A stretch of 64,000 nucleotides of DNA from Candidatus Zixiibacteriota bacterium. GTDB lineage: Bacteria; Zixibacteria; MSB-5A5; GN15; JAAZOE01. This document shows, piece by piece, positions 1 through 9,981 of the stretch; the first letter of the stretch is position 1; each line of letters opens with the position of its first letter. A program made the position numbers and the translations under genes. The stretch lies in assembly GCA_043819555.1 (NCBI GenBank), contig JBDREQ010000020.1, forward strand, positions 32,001 through 96,000. The letters run 5' to 3'. The notes below the pieces were generated by a model that made no database searches, had not been told where the DNA came from, and saw only the letters and a list, made by a program, of their open reading frames with translations.

Positions 1-10
1 AGGTGTAATT

Positions 11-1063
11 ATGACAGATGCAGTATATGAAAAATTGGCCGAAGCGTTGGACCGTCTTCCCAACGGTTTTCCGCGAACGCCTTCAAACGTTGAGATACCG
101 CTTCTTAAAAGGATGTTTACGTCCGATGAAGCAATCCTGGCTTCTCATCTTACGATTGAAATGGAACCCGCCCCGGATATTGCAGAGCGGGTATCTTTAC
201 CCTCGGAAGCAGCATCTGAAAAGCTAATTGATATGGCCAAGCGTGGACTAATCTGGTTTGAAAAAACACAGGATGAGCTAAAATTCAGACTGGCTCCTTT
301 CATTGTCGGTGTGTACGAATCACAAATTGGCAACATGGATGAAGAATTGGCCGGACTGATCGATGAATATCTTGCTGATGGCGGAGCGGCGGGAATTATG
401 AAATACGACCCGGCCCTTCATCGAGTAGTTCCGGTTCGGGGAGCCATTCATGGCGAATGGGTTTTACCTTACGAAGACGTGAAGAAAATTCTTCAGGAAG
501 CGAAATCATACGCTACCCACGATTGCATTTGCCGTGTACAGCGTGCTCAGCTTGGCCATGCCTGCGATCGTCCTGTTCATAATTGCCTGGCATTCAATAT
601 ATCCAAATTGCCGCCCGGATTTGACTCCATTACTCAAGATGAAGCTCTCAGGATTCTGGATGAGGCAGAAGAGGAAGGATTGGTCCATACTGTTAGTAAT
701 GTCGCTACGGGAATTGGATATATCTGTAATTGCTGCGGTTGCTGCTGCGCCATCCTGCGAGGGATCACAGAATGGGGAATGGAAAAATCGGTGGCCTATG
801 CCAATTATTATGCGGAGATCGATGCTGATTTATGTTCTGACTGCAAAACGTGCCAGGAACGGTGTCAGGTTGATGCGATTGAAACCCGGGACGATGTTTC
901 ATTTGTCATCCGCGAAAAGTGTATTGGATGTGGTTTATGCGCGACCGGCTGTCCTGAAGAAGCGGCTCAATTGAAACCGAAACCGGAAGAAGAGATTGTT
1001 CATCCTCCCGAGAATTTCCCTGCCTGGGAACGGCTGCGATTGCAATCAAGGGGAATGGCGTAA
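11..1063 (+). CDS. 4Fe-4S dicluster ferredoxin-domain protein with N-terminal winged-helix-like region and Cys-rich middle (uncharacterised anaerobe family)
   Basis: Two CxxCxxCxxxC motifs (CSDCKTCQERC, CIGCGLCATGCP), plus CICR and CNCCGCCC; SD-like AGGTG upstream. Confidence 0.8.
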   Translation: MTDAVYEKLAEALDRLPNGFPRTPSNVEIPLLKRMFTSDEAILASHLTIEMEPAPDIAERVSLPSEAASEKLIDMAKRGLIWFEKTQDELKFRLAPFIVGVYESQIGNMDEELAGLIDEYLADGGAAGIMKYDPALHRVVPVRGAIHGEWVLPYEDVKKILQEAKSYATHDCICRVQRAQLGHACDRPVHNCLAFNISKLPPGFDSITQDEALRILDEAEEEGLVHTVSNVATGIGYICNCCGCCCAILRGITEWGMEKSVAYANYYAEIDADLCSDCKTCQERCQVDAIETRDDVSFVIREKCIGCGLCATGCPEEAAQLKPKPEEEIVHPPENFPAWERLRLQSRGMA

Positions 1064-1095
1064 TGTTGACGGGATTCGCATATATATTCTAATTG

Positions 1096-1131
1096 AAAAA
1101 ATACCGCCGGTTTTGTAAATGCCGGCGGCTT
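1096..1131. terminator. Probable intrinsic terminator between convergent genes
   Basis: CCGCCGG (1104-1110) / CCGGCGG (1122-1128) stem; the A-tract on the left gives a U-tract on the minus strand. Confidence 0.6.
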
Positions 1132-1153
1132 AAATTAAAAGGACTTCGGATCC

Positions 1154-2515
1154 CTACTCTTTATTGACGATTAAATCCTTTCGTGACAGATTTAATTTGT
1201 CGAAACTCTCCGATGATATGACATAATACCAATCTGAAAAGCGGGCATTCAACGTTTCACTGAGAATTCGGCCATCAGTAACATTCTTGTGCCATTTTTC
1301 GTGAGCGTCATACCCGGTTTTATTATCACGATCGGCGTCTGTCCATAGGCTGTCATCAGTCGTTAAAAAGTCAGTATTGGCAGGTTTGGACGGTTCGGTA
1401 AACACAGATTGGTCAAACTCGGTTGATATAAAAAGATATCTGTTTTCAGCGCTTTCTCCACTACCGTCGCCGTCCTCGGTACCGGCGGTCACCGATAGTC
1501 CTGTTCCATAGAGAACTTCACCGAATCGCAGGGTGTAAATGACGCCGTCATCAGTCCTGACTATTAATTCACCTTCGTTTGATTTGAGTTCGCCGTCCCG
1601 GGTAAAATAAAATCCCTTACTCTGGAGGTTCATAACATCAGCACGATTGATTTCCTGTCCATTTTGGTTTTGCTTTTGCAGGTTTTGAGACAGGCCGGCC
1701 GGCTTGGGACGAACGCCGACAATTTTCAAACCATCAATCGCGGTTTTTAATTCGGATAATATGGTCGAATCGACTTTTTTCCCGTATCCCATATCCTGAG
1801 CTGTCCAGTCGCTGCCGTTTTTATATAAAATTAGTTCATCGTGTTCGTTCAGGCGCCCCGATCTTTCATCAATGGAATAATCAAGAAGGGACAGGCGATT
1901 GATTTTGTTTTTATCGACTTTCAGCAGGTCCGTATCAATCCAATCCTCAAATTTGGTGGAGATGTCTATGGATGTTTTGACCGCATAGACTCGTTTCTCA
2001 TCAGGCAACCTCACAAATCTGAATCCTTGACCCTCTTCAACCGGATTGCCGATTATCAAATCAGCAAGGATATTCTCTTGAATATCCTTAATAGTAACCC
2101 GCGTGCCGTATCCTGATGACGCCAAATTGGATTCATCCAACGGATCGATGACACCGCAGGATTCATGATCGGCAATTTTATCCGAACGAAAATCATCTTT
2201 GACGATGCCAATAATTCCCGAAGCTATGCGAGCCAAACGATCCTTATTATCGGCAGGGTAATCATGATGGGAGGGGATGCTCCACCGATTTTTCGTAAAC
2301 GTTACCTTAAAAGGCAATGCCGTTCCTGTATTATTATCGTATTCTACAATTTCAAGGGTGGCTGCCGCGTTGGGATCGTTAAAATTCGGGAAAAATGATT
2401 CTCCCTGATCCTGAAAAGCCGAAGGGATTATTCGATCAGGAGACGCGATCAGAGCTATTATAAGAAGGGCCGCAGCGGCACCCGCGAACCATAAAGTTGT
2501 TTTATTATCTTTCAT
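1154..2515 (-). CDS. DUF4340 domain-containing protein (periplasmic partner of GldG-type ABC system)
   Basis: N-terminal anchor; W-x-I-PSHHDYPAD, L-I-I-G...FVR...VY motifs; last gene after ABC ATPase and GldG-type permease, the usual DUF4340 context. Confidence 0.75.
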   Translation of the reverse strand: MKDNKTTLWFAGAAAALLIIALIASPDRIIPSAFQDQGESFFPNFNDPNAAATLEIVEYDNNTGTALPFKVTFTKNRWSIPSHHDYPADNKDRLARIASGIIGIVKDDFRSDKIADHESCGVIDPLDESNLASSGYGTRVTIKDIQENILADLIIGNPVEEGQGFRFVRLPDEKRVYAVKTSIDISTKFEDWIDTDLLKVDKNKINRLSLLDYSIDERSGRLNEHDELILYKNGSDWTAQDMGYGKKVDSTILSELKTAIDGLKIVGVRPKPAGLSQNLQKQNQNGQEINRADVMNLQSKGFYFTRDGELKSNEGELIVRTDDGVIYTLRFGEVLYGTGLSVTAGTEDGDGSGESAENRYLFISTEFDQSVFTEPSKPANTDFLTTDDSLWTDADRDNKTGYDAHEKWHKNVTDGRILSETLNARFSDWYYVISSESFDKLNLSRKDLIVNKE

Positions 2516-2519
2516 TGCG

Positions 2520-5204
2520 CTAACTCCTCAATCTTCTCGCGGCAATTGTTCCTTCATGCTCCCGGCGTCGGCGCCGGATAAATTTCATTACTCCCAGGAC
2601 AAAAACAGGGACGGGTGGGAGTAACACGGCCAAAGTTTTTATATTGGCCTGGATAGCCCGGATCGCGATTTCGGTGTTTTCCTGGCTGCGGGCTATAGTT
2701 GCGTCACGATTGGCCTCGATATTCGCCTGCATAGCTTCAAATCTCTTATTTTCCACTTCCTGCATATTCTGAGCCATGATTTGTTTGGTTTGTTCATCGA
2801 CATCGGTTCGATTGCGCACTCCAGCGACTTTTTCATTGAGCCGCTGCTGAGCTTCCGATAACGCTTTTCGCGCCTCTTCCTCAGCTTGGCGTTCTTCCTC
2901 AAGACGTTGTGTAATAAATTCCTGGGTTTTGGCTTCAACGGCAGTTAAAGTGCGGTGTTTCACGCGCCGATTGCGCAATTCGACGAAAGATTTGTCATCA
3001 GCCAGGTAATCGATACTATTTAAGAAAAAACCGATATTATCGAAATTGAGGTTGGCAATGCCTCGGTTGCGGATTTCAAAAAACTGCTGCGAGATAAAAT
3101 CGACATCAGCGATAATCAATAGATTTATCATATTACCGGACTTGTTTTCCGGATCGTTTTCAATTTGATTGCCGGAGGTTGTCCCCGAAATTCGGGCGGC
3201 CACTGTATATATATCAGGGGTCGCCATCCGTCTGGGCCGGGGGTTAAGGTTCAATCCGAAAAAGCCGCGCTGCACAAGATTGTACCAGTGATGTACGCCC
3301 GAAACCAGTCCTGTTTGCAGAAGCGGTTCAAATACCAGATTAGGTTCGGGAGGATATTCGAGATATCCAGGGAACATAAAGACAACTTCCTGCAAGTCGG
3401 CGCTGACCGGATTATCCCGATTGAAAGCATTTTTGTTTTTATTCCCTTCGCCGATGAAAATAATTTCCTGCTGGAGAACTGAAAGATCGGGGTGGGGATT
3501 ATACACATCCCAGATTACTTCGGACATTTTCCAGGGAACGCCGATCTCCTTCATGAACTGTTCCATATCTCCCTTGGGTGGTTTCTGCTGCTGATTCTGC
3601 TGAAACATGCTGACCTGGGCGTCGCTGGGCAGGATGGGGGAGAGGGATATATCAATAAGAGGCATGGGGTCAATCAATAAAACGGTGGGATTTCCAGCTT
3701 TTATATAATTTTTCAAATTATCCAATTCTTCCTGACCCATTGTTGAAGGCATAACAGCCAGTAAGACATCCATTTTCTGCGCAATCGGTTCTGTCGGGTT
3801 GACCATGAGGACTTCGTATTGCTTGTGCAGTTCACCAACTACCGGCCAGGGAGGGACTTGTTGTCCGGTCTGGTAATTAAAGTCTCCAAATAATTTTACA
3901 CCGGTGCTCAGTATCCCGATTTTCTTGCGATCGCTTTGTGCGACTGAACGGATGCTTCGTATGAGTTCATATTCAACGGGGAGCCCAATGTCAAAAAATG
4001 GAATAACCTCTTCTCGTGCGCCGCAGGTCAACGCAACACCGAGAAAAACTTTAGCCTGACCGGAGCGGCCGCCCTCATTCACAAATGTTTCCTGAGGCAT
4101 TATGTTGAATTTTTCGCGGGCTTCACGGGCTTCTTCAGAAAACGGCTCAGTATCCTTTATGAGAATTTGTACCTGGTCGCCGCTGACTGCCGCAATTTCT
4201 TCCAGCTTTCCGATGATGTTAGCTCGCGATTCGACAAAATTGCGCGGTACTTCGGGGCTTATATATGCCTGAATGAGTACCTGTTTATCTTCAGGCAAAT
4301 CGTTTAAAAGTTGTCTGGAAGTATCTGACAATGAGTGCAACCCTTCGGCGGTAACATCAATCCGCAAAGCCATTGTAGCAACAATCGCTACAAACGAAAA
4401 GACGGCGATAATCAAAGCCACAGTTCGAATAAAATAATGAATCCACATTTTATATCCGCCTGCGGTAGCCGGCCAATGCCGCTTCCCAAGAATAATAACA
4501 TTCAAATACACCATTATTGAGGAGACGCCAATAAAATAAAATAAACCCGAGAAACTGATAACACCCCTCGCAAAATCCTTCAGATATTTTTCAACCGCTA
4601 TGCGCCCAATGATGCTTTGCAGCCATTCACCGGTAAGCCATTCAAGGCTACCGATAAATATAAATATTGAACAAAACACCATACCCAAAATAAACCCGAT
4701 AGTCGCGTTGGAGGTAAGAAGCGAAGCCAGCATCCCAATTCCCAAAAACGCGGCTCCGATTAGCCAATAGCCAAAATAATTGGAGATCATTAATCCCAGA
4801 TCAGGACTGCCCAGCCAAAATAAAACAATAATATGGCTAAATGATAAAACAAGGGAGGCTGAGTAGATTCCCAGAACCGAAAGATATTTGCCCAGGACAA
4901 TTTCAATATCTGTGGCCGGAATGGTCAAAAGAAGTTCGTCAGTACCCTGCCTGCGCTCCTCGGCCCAAACGTTCATCGTTACGGCCGGAATGAATATGAG
5001 AAGCAAGTAGGGGAACATGGAATTCAATTGATCAAGATTGGCCAGGTTATTGGCAAAAAATCGATCTTGCCAGAAAGCCGCGGCGGCGCTCAGAAAAATA
5101 AAAACAGTTATAAACAAATATCCGGTTGGGCTGCTGAAGTACAATTTGAGGTCTCGCTTACTGATAACGGATATTACTCGCCAGTTTAGATTCAGTTTCC
5201 TCAT
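2520..5204 (-). CDS. ABC-2 permease fused to GldG/ABC_transp_aux domain (GldF-GldG-like fusion)
   Basis: N-terminal YFSSPTGY...PAVTMNVWAEERRQGTDELLLT...GKYL permease motifs; RIDVT...HSLS and EYELIRSI GldG-like motifs; N...FLNSIDYL; C-terminal coiled coil and TM helix. Confidence 0.85.
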   Translation of the reverse strand: MRKLNLNWRVISVISKRDLKLYFSSPTGYLFITVFIFLSAAAAFWQDRFFANNLANLDQLNSMFPYLLLIFIPAVTMNVWAEERRQGTDELLLTIPATDIEIVLGKYLSVLGIYSASLVLSFSHIIVLFWLGSPDLGLMISNYFGYWLIGAAFLGIGMLASLLTSNATIGFILGMVFCSIFIFIGSLEWLTGEWLQSIIGRIAVEKYLKDFARGVISFSGLFYFIGVSSIMVYLNVIILGKRHWPATAGGYKMWIHYFIRTVALIIAVFSFVAIVATMALRIDVTAEGLHSLSDTSRQLLNDLPEDKQVLIQAYISPEVPRNFVESRANIIGKLEEIAAVSGDQVQILIKDTEPFSEEAREAREKFNIMPQETFVNEGGRSGQAKVFLGVALTCGAREEVIPFFDIGLPVEYELIRSIRSVAQSDRKKIGILSTGVKLFGDFNYQTGQQVPPWPVVGELHKQYEVLMVNPTEPIAQKMDVLLAVMPSTMGQEELDNLKNYIKAGNPTVLLIDPMPLIDISLSPILPSDAQVSMFQQNQQQKPPKGDMEQFMKEIGVPWKMSEVIWDVYNPHPDLSVLQQEIIFIGEGNKNKNAFNRDNPVSADLQEVVFMFPGYLEYPPEPNLVFEPLLQTGLVSGVHHWYNLVQRGFFGLNLNPRPRRMATPDIYTVAARISGTTSGNQIENDPENKSGNMINLLIIADVDFISQQFFEIRNRGIANLNFDNIGFFLNSIDYLADDKSFVELRNRRVKHRTLTAVEAKTQEFITQRLEEERQAEEEARKALSEAQQRLNEKVAGVRNRTDVDEQTKQIMAQNMQEVENKRFEAMQANIEANRDATIARSQENTEIAIRAIQANIKTLAVLLPPVPVFVLGVMKFIRRRRREHEGTIAARRLRS

Positions 5205-5968
5205 AATGAACCTCCCCCGCCGTTTAATTCTGAGGGGCGGCCATAGTTTGTCATTTTATAAAACGATTCTTCTATGGAGTTTTGTTTTCTTAAATCTTCC
5301 GGAGAACCGTCGAAGACGAGCCTGCCATTATGGATTAATAGTACGCGGGCGGCAACCGCTTCAACTTCCTGAAGAATGTGGGTCGAAAGTAAGATAGTTT
5401 TAGTGTTGGCCAGTTCAGAAATATTATCTCTGAAATCTCGGATTTGATTTGGGTCCAATCCCGCCGTGGGTTCATCCATAATAAGGACGTCAGGATCGTG
5501 CAAAAGAGCCTGAGCCAGGCCGACCCGCTGCCGATATCCTCGCGATAATTTACCAATCGGTTTTTCGAGTACTGTTTGCAGCGCACATCGGTTTACTACA
5601 ATATCAATTCTTTGACTCAGAAATTTTTCTTCAATCTCTCGTGCCTCTCCAAAAAACCGTAATAGCTCCAGGGGTGTCATGTTTTCATAAAGAGGGCCGT
5701 TTTCCGGTAGGTACCCTAAAAAGCGAGATGCTTCCAGCCTCTTTCCTGACACATCATGTCCGCAGATGAAAGCGGAACCTTCACTGGGCCGCATAAATCC
5801 GGTCAAAAGCCTCATCGTAGTGGTTTTTCCCGCACCATTAGGCCCCAAAAAAGCGACAATTTGGCCTTTTGGGATCGAAAAGGAAATTTCCTTGATGGCC
5901 ACGAATTCTCCAAAATATTTTGAAAGATTTCGCGCCTCAATCATTGGTTTAGCGTTGCCGTCTGTCAT
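5201..5968 (-). CDS. ABC transporter ATP-binding protein (GldA-like)
   Basis: Walker A GPNGAGKT, signature LSRGYRQR, Walker B IMDEPT, H-loop STH; start moved to ATG 5968 (GAGGT SD upstream); 4-bp overlap with permease. Confidence 0.9.
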   Translation of the reverse strand: MTDGNAKPMIEARNLSKYFGEFVAIKEISFSIPKGQIVAFLGPNGAGKTTTMRLLTGFMRPSEGSAFICGHDVSGKRLEASRFLGYLPENGPLYENMTPLELLRFFGEAREIEEKFLSQRIDIVVNRCALQTVLEKPIGKLSRGYRQRVGLAQALLHDPDVLIMDEPTAGLDPNQIRDFRDNISELANTKTILLSTHILQEVEAVAARVLLIHNGRLVFDGSPEDLRKQNSIEESFYKMTNYGRPSELNGGGGSL

Positions 5969-6036
5969 CAATATTACCTCGCATAAGAATCCCAACACAT
6001 AACACGTTAATTATATTTGTACCGGTCAGAGTTTGG

Positions 6037-6065
6037 ATTATAAATAACCAAAGCCAATCTGTCAA
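6037..6065 (-). promoter_or_regulatory. Consensus sigma70 promoter for the ABC/GldG/DUF4340 operon
   Basis: Minus strand TTGACA (6065-6060), 17 bp, TATAAT (6042-6037): perfect match. Confidence 0.75.
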
Positions 6066-6314
6066 GCGCGACAGATAAAGCCATTCTCTCCTCTTTTAAT
6101 AAGCCATTATGGCAAATATGAATTATATTTCAGTATATTTCATGGGTTCCAGAATATTTTTGCAAATTTCTCAAACATAAAGCCATGAATAGGTGTTTCA
6201 TAAATCCCGGAATTTGTTATATTTAGACGGAAATTACTTAAAGGCGCTCAATGATTATAAGCTGATTGCGTACTAATGTTAACGCACAACATTTTCAAAC
6301 AGCAGAAGGTCACT

Positions 6315-8645
6315 ATGAAAAATTCTTGCTTCATTGTATTGCTTTTTATAATGGTTGCCTCCATTAATATTCAGGCTCAGGACAGCGATTGCGGGACAGT
6401 TGTCAATCCCGATCAGGTTGAGCAGGCTTTGAGAATAGAGCGCGAGATGCAATTGGCATCCAAAGTTCTAGGCGCCACAGCTCATATTGAAATCCCGATT
6501 GCTTATCATATTATCCGTCGTACCGATGGAACCGGAGGCTTTTCTTTGACTGATTTGACAGCCTCGACCGATAGCGCCAATATTTTATTTTCTCCGTTAA
6601 ATGTCAGTATTTATCAATATTCATTGGATTATATAGATGATGACGGTTTCTTCTTTGATACCGAAACAAATTCGCGTTTCGATGAACTCCGAAGTATTAA
6701 TGTCGTTCATGAAGCAATAAATATTTATTTCCTGCCTACTGAATCCGGATTCCCGTATTGCGGATTGTCATCGTTTACGTTTTCCGGAACACAGGGGATA
6801 TTAATGAGCAATAATTGCGCTGGAGAAGCTATTATCAATTCCACATTGGTCCATGAAATTGGCCATTATTTTAATTTATATCATACTCATGAAACCGCCT
6901 TTGGTGATGAATGCCCCGATGCGAGTAATTGTTCTGCAGCTGGCGATTTGATTTGTGATACGCCCGCCGATCCAAATCTTTCTGGTCTCGTTGATGCTTC
7001 TTGTGTTTATACCGGGACCGGCACTTCTCCCGCATCATGCGGCTCAGAAACATATAATCCGCAAATCGAAAATATCATGTCTTATTCCCGAAAGTCCTGC
7101 CGTGATTTTCACAGCGATATGCAAATTGATAAATTCAGAACGACTCTTTTGACTCTCCGACCCGAATTAGTCTTTGGCATTGACGGATTTCTTGTGTTAC
7201 CGGGCGCGATTGAAGCGCTCCCGACCGTTGCCGGCCAAACTTCAGATAGCGTTATAAGGATTATTAACACCGCAGCGACTCCATTTGATATTACATCCGT
7301 TTCCACTTCAATCGGAATTATTAGTGTATCCGGTCCTTCGCCAATAACCCTGAATGAAGATGATACCGTTTCTTACCTTGTCAGTTTTGACGCAACTGCC
7401 TTGACCGGTGAATGCGATCTTGGCCCGAGAGAAGATACTGTTATCTTCAATACAACTCATCCGGAAGTGGCAATCGCTTCAATTCCGGTATCACCCACGG
7501 TTGTTTATGCCATCCCGAACGACGAACATCTCACGACCGGTTCCACATGCCTGATTTTTACGGTACCCAACACGCCCGGAATATCTGACCGGACCAGCGC
7601 CGGATTTGTACCGTCCGGGTTTGGCAATATTCTCTTTGATGGCTCTCTATTGATTGGCATTATTGACGGAACCGATACTACAACCTATATGGATTTGTAT
7701 GGGACGGAAGATTTTTCGATTATTGATACTTATGCAGGCGATATTGATGCGGCTGGCCGCAATAGCCAGACAATCAGATATGTAACCAATGATAATCGAA
7801 TTCATGGTTCGGTGAGCTATCATTATGGCTATAATAGCCTTGGGATCGATAGCTGTTCCGCGCTGGAAATAGAATACACTATTTCCAATCCATGCGATAC
7901 AGCCCTTAATATTGTCGCCGGTATTTTCTGTGATTTTGATATTGATAATTCAGGAGATAATGACGCCTTTATAAATGGAGAGATGGTCATAGCCACAGAC
8001 GGGACTGGCGGCGCGGCACAATCAGTGGCCTTAGCGGTCCTTCAAAGTTGTGGCGCCGGGCCAATCCTGAGAATAATCTCAAATCCGAACTTGATATACC
8101 CCACTAATGGGCTGACTGATTCCGATGCCTATCGTGAATTGACCTCGCCCAGCAGTACCGGCTCGTTGAATTCGACTGACGTTTCGTCGTTAATATCTTT
8201 TGGCGCGGTAACGCTTGACCCGGGCGAAACTCAGTTTTTCCAGGCGGCGATAATATTTTCGGGTACCGGTTCTGACGACCTCAATGCCCCTCTCCTTAAC
8301 GCAAGCTCGCTGGCGAAGGTGGTTTTCCCCGATACCGATGGCGACTGCATAACCGATGCTCTGGATAACTGTCCGGGAACTTATAATCCGGATCAGGCCG
8401 ATCAAAACGGGAACAGTATTGGAGATGTATGCGAGTATAAATGCGGTGATGCCAACAGCGACGACCAAACCAATGTCGGTGATGCCGTTTTTATAATTAA
8501 TCATGCTTTTAAAGGCGGCCCGGCGCCCGATCCTTATGAGGCCTGCGATAGCAACTGCGATGAAGCGTGCAATGTCGGTGATGCTGTTTATCTAATCAAT
8601 CATATCTTCAAAAGCGGGCCGGTTCCGTGTGCGGAGTGTGAGTAG
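6315..8645 (+). CDS. Secreted M43 (pappalysin/ulilysin-like) zinc metalloprotease with Ig-like region, thrombospondin type-3 repeat and C-terminal dockerin
   Basis: Signal peptide MKNSCFIVLL...AQ; prodomain Cys-switch-like CGT; HEIGHYFNLYH zinc motif; DTPAD; Met-turn NIMSY; DTDGD...DNCP..YNPDQAD...GDVC; duplicated GDAN.D...NVGDAV.IN..FK.GP dockerin at 8442-8642. Confidence 0.85.
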   Translation: MKNSCFIVLLFIMVASINIQAQDSDCGTVVNPDQVEQALRIEREMQLASKVLGATAHIEIPIAYHIIRRTDGTGGFSLTDLTASTDSANILFSPLNVSIYQYSLDYIDDDGFFFDTETNSRFDELRSINVVHEAINIYFLPTESGFPYCGLSSFTFSGTQGILMSNNCAGEAIINSTLVHEIGHYFNLYHTHETAFGDECPDASNCSAAGDLICDTPADPNLSGLVDASCVYTGTGTSPASCGSETYNPQIENIMSYSRKSCRDFHSDMQIDKFRTTLLTLRPELVFGIDGFLVLPGAIEALPTVAGQTSDSVIRIINTAATPFDITSVSTSIGIISVSGPSPITLNEDDTVSYLVSFDATALTGECDLGPREDTVIFNTTHPEVAIASIPVSPTVVYAIPNDEHLTTGSTCLIFTVPNTPGISDRTSAGFVPSGFGNILFDGSLLIGIIDGTDTTTYMDLYGTEDFSIIDTYAGDIDAAGRNSQTIRYVTNDNRIHGSVSYHYGYNSLGIDSCSALEIEYTISNPCDTALNIVAGIFCDFDIDNSGDNDAFINGEMVIATDGTGGAAQSVALAVLQSCGAGPILRIISNPNLIYPTNGLTDSDAYRELTSPSSTGSLNSTDVSSLISFGAVTLDPGETQFFQAAIIFSGTGSDDLNAPLLNASSLAKVVFPDTDGDCITDALDNCPGTYNPDQADQNGNSIGDVCEYKCGDANSDDQTNVGDAVFIINHAFKGGPAPDPYEACDSNCDEACNVGDAVYLINHIFKSGPVPCAECE

Positions 8646-8648
8646 ACT

Positions 8649-9788
8649 TTACTTATATTCACGCCACCAGGTTTCAACCACAGGAATAGATGATTCTGTG
8701 ATCGTCTGACCCGGTTTGGGAATAACAATATCGATTTGGGCCGCTTCGGCGGCCTTTTTTAATCTATCCGGCGGATCGAACCATTCATGAAAGGCGAGAT
8801 TGAATGTTCCCCAATGGATGGGGATCATTATTTTTCCCTTTAAGGCCAGATGAGTCGCAACCGCTTGCTCTGGAGTACGATGAATAGCGGGCCATTTTTT
8901 TCCGTAGGCTCCGATTGAGATTAAAGTTATATCGAAGGGCCCATATTTTTGACCAATATCTGATATACCGGTAAATTCACCGGTATCGCCGCTAAAGAAA
9001 ACTCGCTGTTCCTTTCCCATAATAATCCACGAAGCCCATAGGGTGGGGTTTTTATTGGGAATTCGCCGTCCGGAAAAATGCATTCCCGGTACGGCCAGAA
9101 ATCTTACGGAACTTTCGGGTAAATCAAACTCATCCCACCAATCCAATTCATGAATTTGAAATAGGGCAACGCCCCATTTTTCCAGATGAGCCCCCACTCC
9201 CAGCGGAACATAAAAATGAACTCCGGTTTTAGACAGGGATTCTATTGTAGGTTTATCGAGATGATCGTAATGGTCATGTGATATAATCACCGCATCGAGG
9301 GGCGGTAATTTCTCAAGCGGTAACGGCACCGGGTGGAATCGTTTGGGCCCCCATAGAGACGATGGTGAATTTCTTTCACTCCAGATTGGATCAGTAAGAA
9401 TTCGTTTACCATCAATTTCAATAAAGGCCGTGGAATGTCCCATCCAGGTAACCCGTAATTCATTTTCAGGATTATCAGCTAATGCCGCTGAATCGATCGG
9501 AATGACAGGAAGCTTGAAGGAAGGTTCTCTTGCTTCACTATAGAATAAAAATTGATATCCCATTTTAATCGATTCCATAAAAGTAAAATCTTCAACATAT
9601 TTATTGGGATTGACAAACTTTTCGCCATCGTAATTAGGAGAATTATTGATTCGTTCTAATCGGTCACCGGATGGATTGGCGCCGAATTGTGACAGATTAT
9701 CGGTTGAAATGATAAATACAATCAAGCCAATAACAAGCAGACCGCCGAAAACCAGGAGAATCATCTTTGTAAACTTCCACCATTGCAT
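8649..9788 (-). CDS. MBL-fold metallo-hydrolase (NAPE-PLD/RomA-like), membrane-anchored
   Basis: WMGHST, TDP, SHDHYDH, HFSGR, FSGDT, PIHWGTF; true start ATG 9788, the longer 600-aa ORF being antisense run-through. Confidence 0.85.
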   Translation of the reverse strand: MQWWKFTKMILLVFGGLLVIGLIVFIISTDNLSQFGANPSGDRLERINNSPNYDGEKFVNPNKYVEDFTFMESIKMGYQFLFYSEAREPSFKLPVIPIDSAALADNPENELRVTWMGHSTAFIEIDGKRILTDPIWSERNSPSSLWGPKRFHPVPLPLEKLPPLDAVIISHDHYDHLDKPTIESLSKTGVHFYVPLGVGAHLEKWGVALFQIHELDWWDEFDLPESSVRFLAVPGMHFSGRRIPNKNPTLWASWIIMGKEQRVFFSGDTGEFTGISDIGQKYGPFDITLISIGAYGKKWPAIHRTPEQAVATHLALKGKIMIPIHWGTFNLAFHEWFDPPDRLKKAAEAAQIDIVIPKPGQTITESSIPVVETWWREYK

Positions 9789-9800
9789 AATATCATTATT

Positions 9801-9829
9801 ATAATAGATGGTTATTCCATATAGGTCAA
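9801..9829 (-). promoter_or_regulatory. sigma70-like promoter for MBL hydrolase (very short leader)
   Basis: TTGACC (9829-9824), 17 bp, TATTAT (9806-9801); ATG at 9788; no SD. Confidence 0.45.
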
Positions 9830-9981
9830 CTTTTAAAGTGGAATATCGATAATCTGCAAAAATCTTCCTGCCCTCTTGATTTTTATGGCAGATTGGGCTT
9901 ATATTGGAATTTCCAAATTCTAATGGGTTAGGAGTGACAAAAATTGATCCCAAAATATAAATATCCAGGAAGGAGTGGCTC

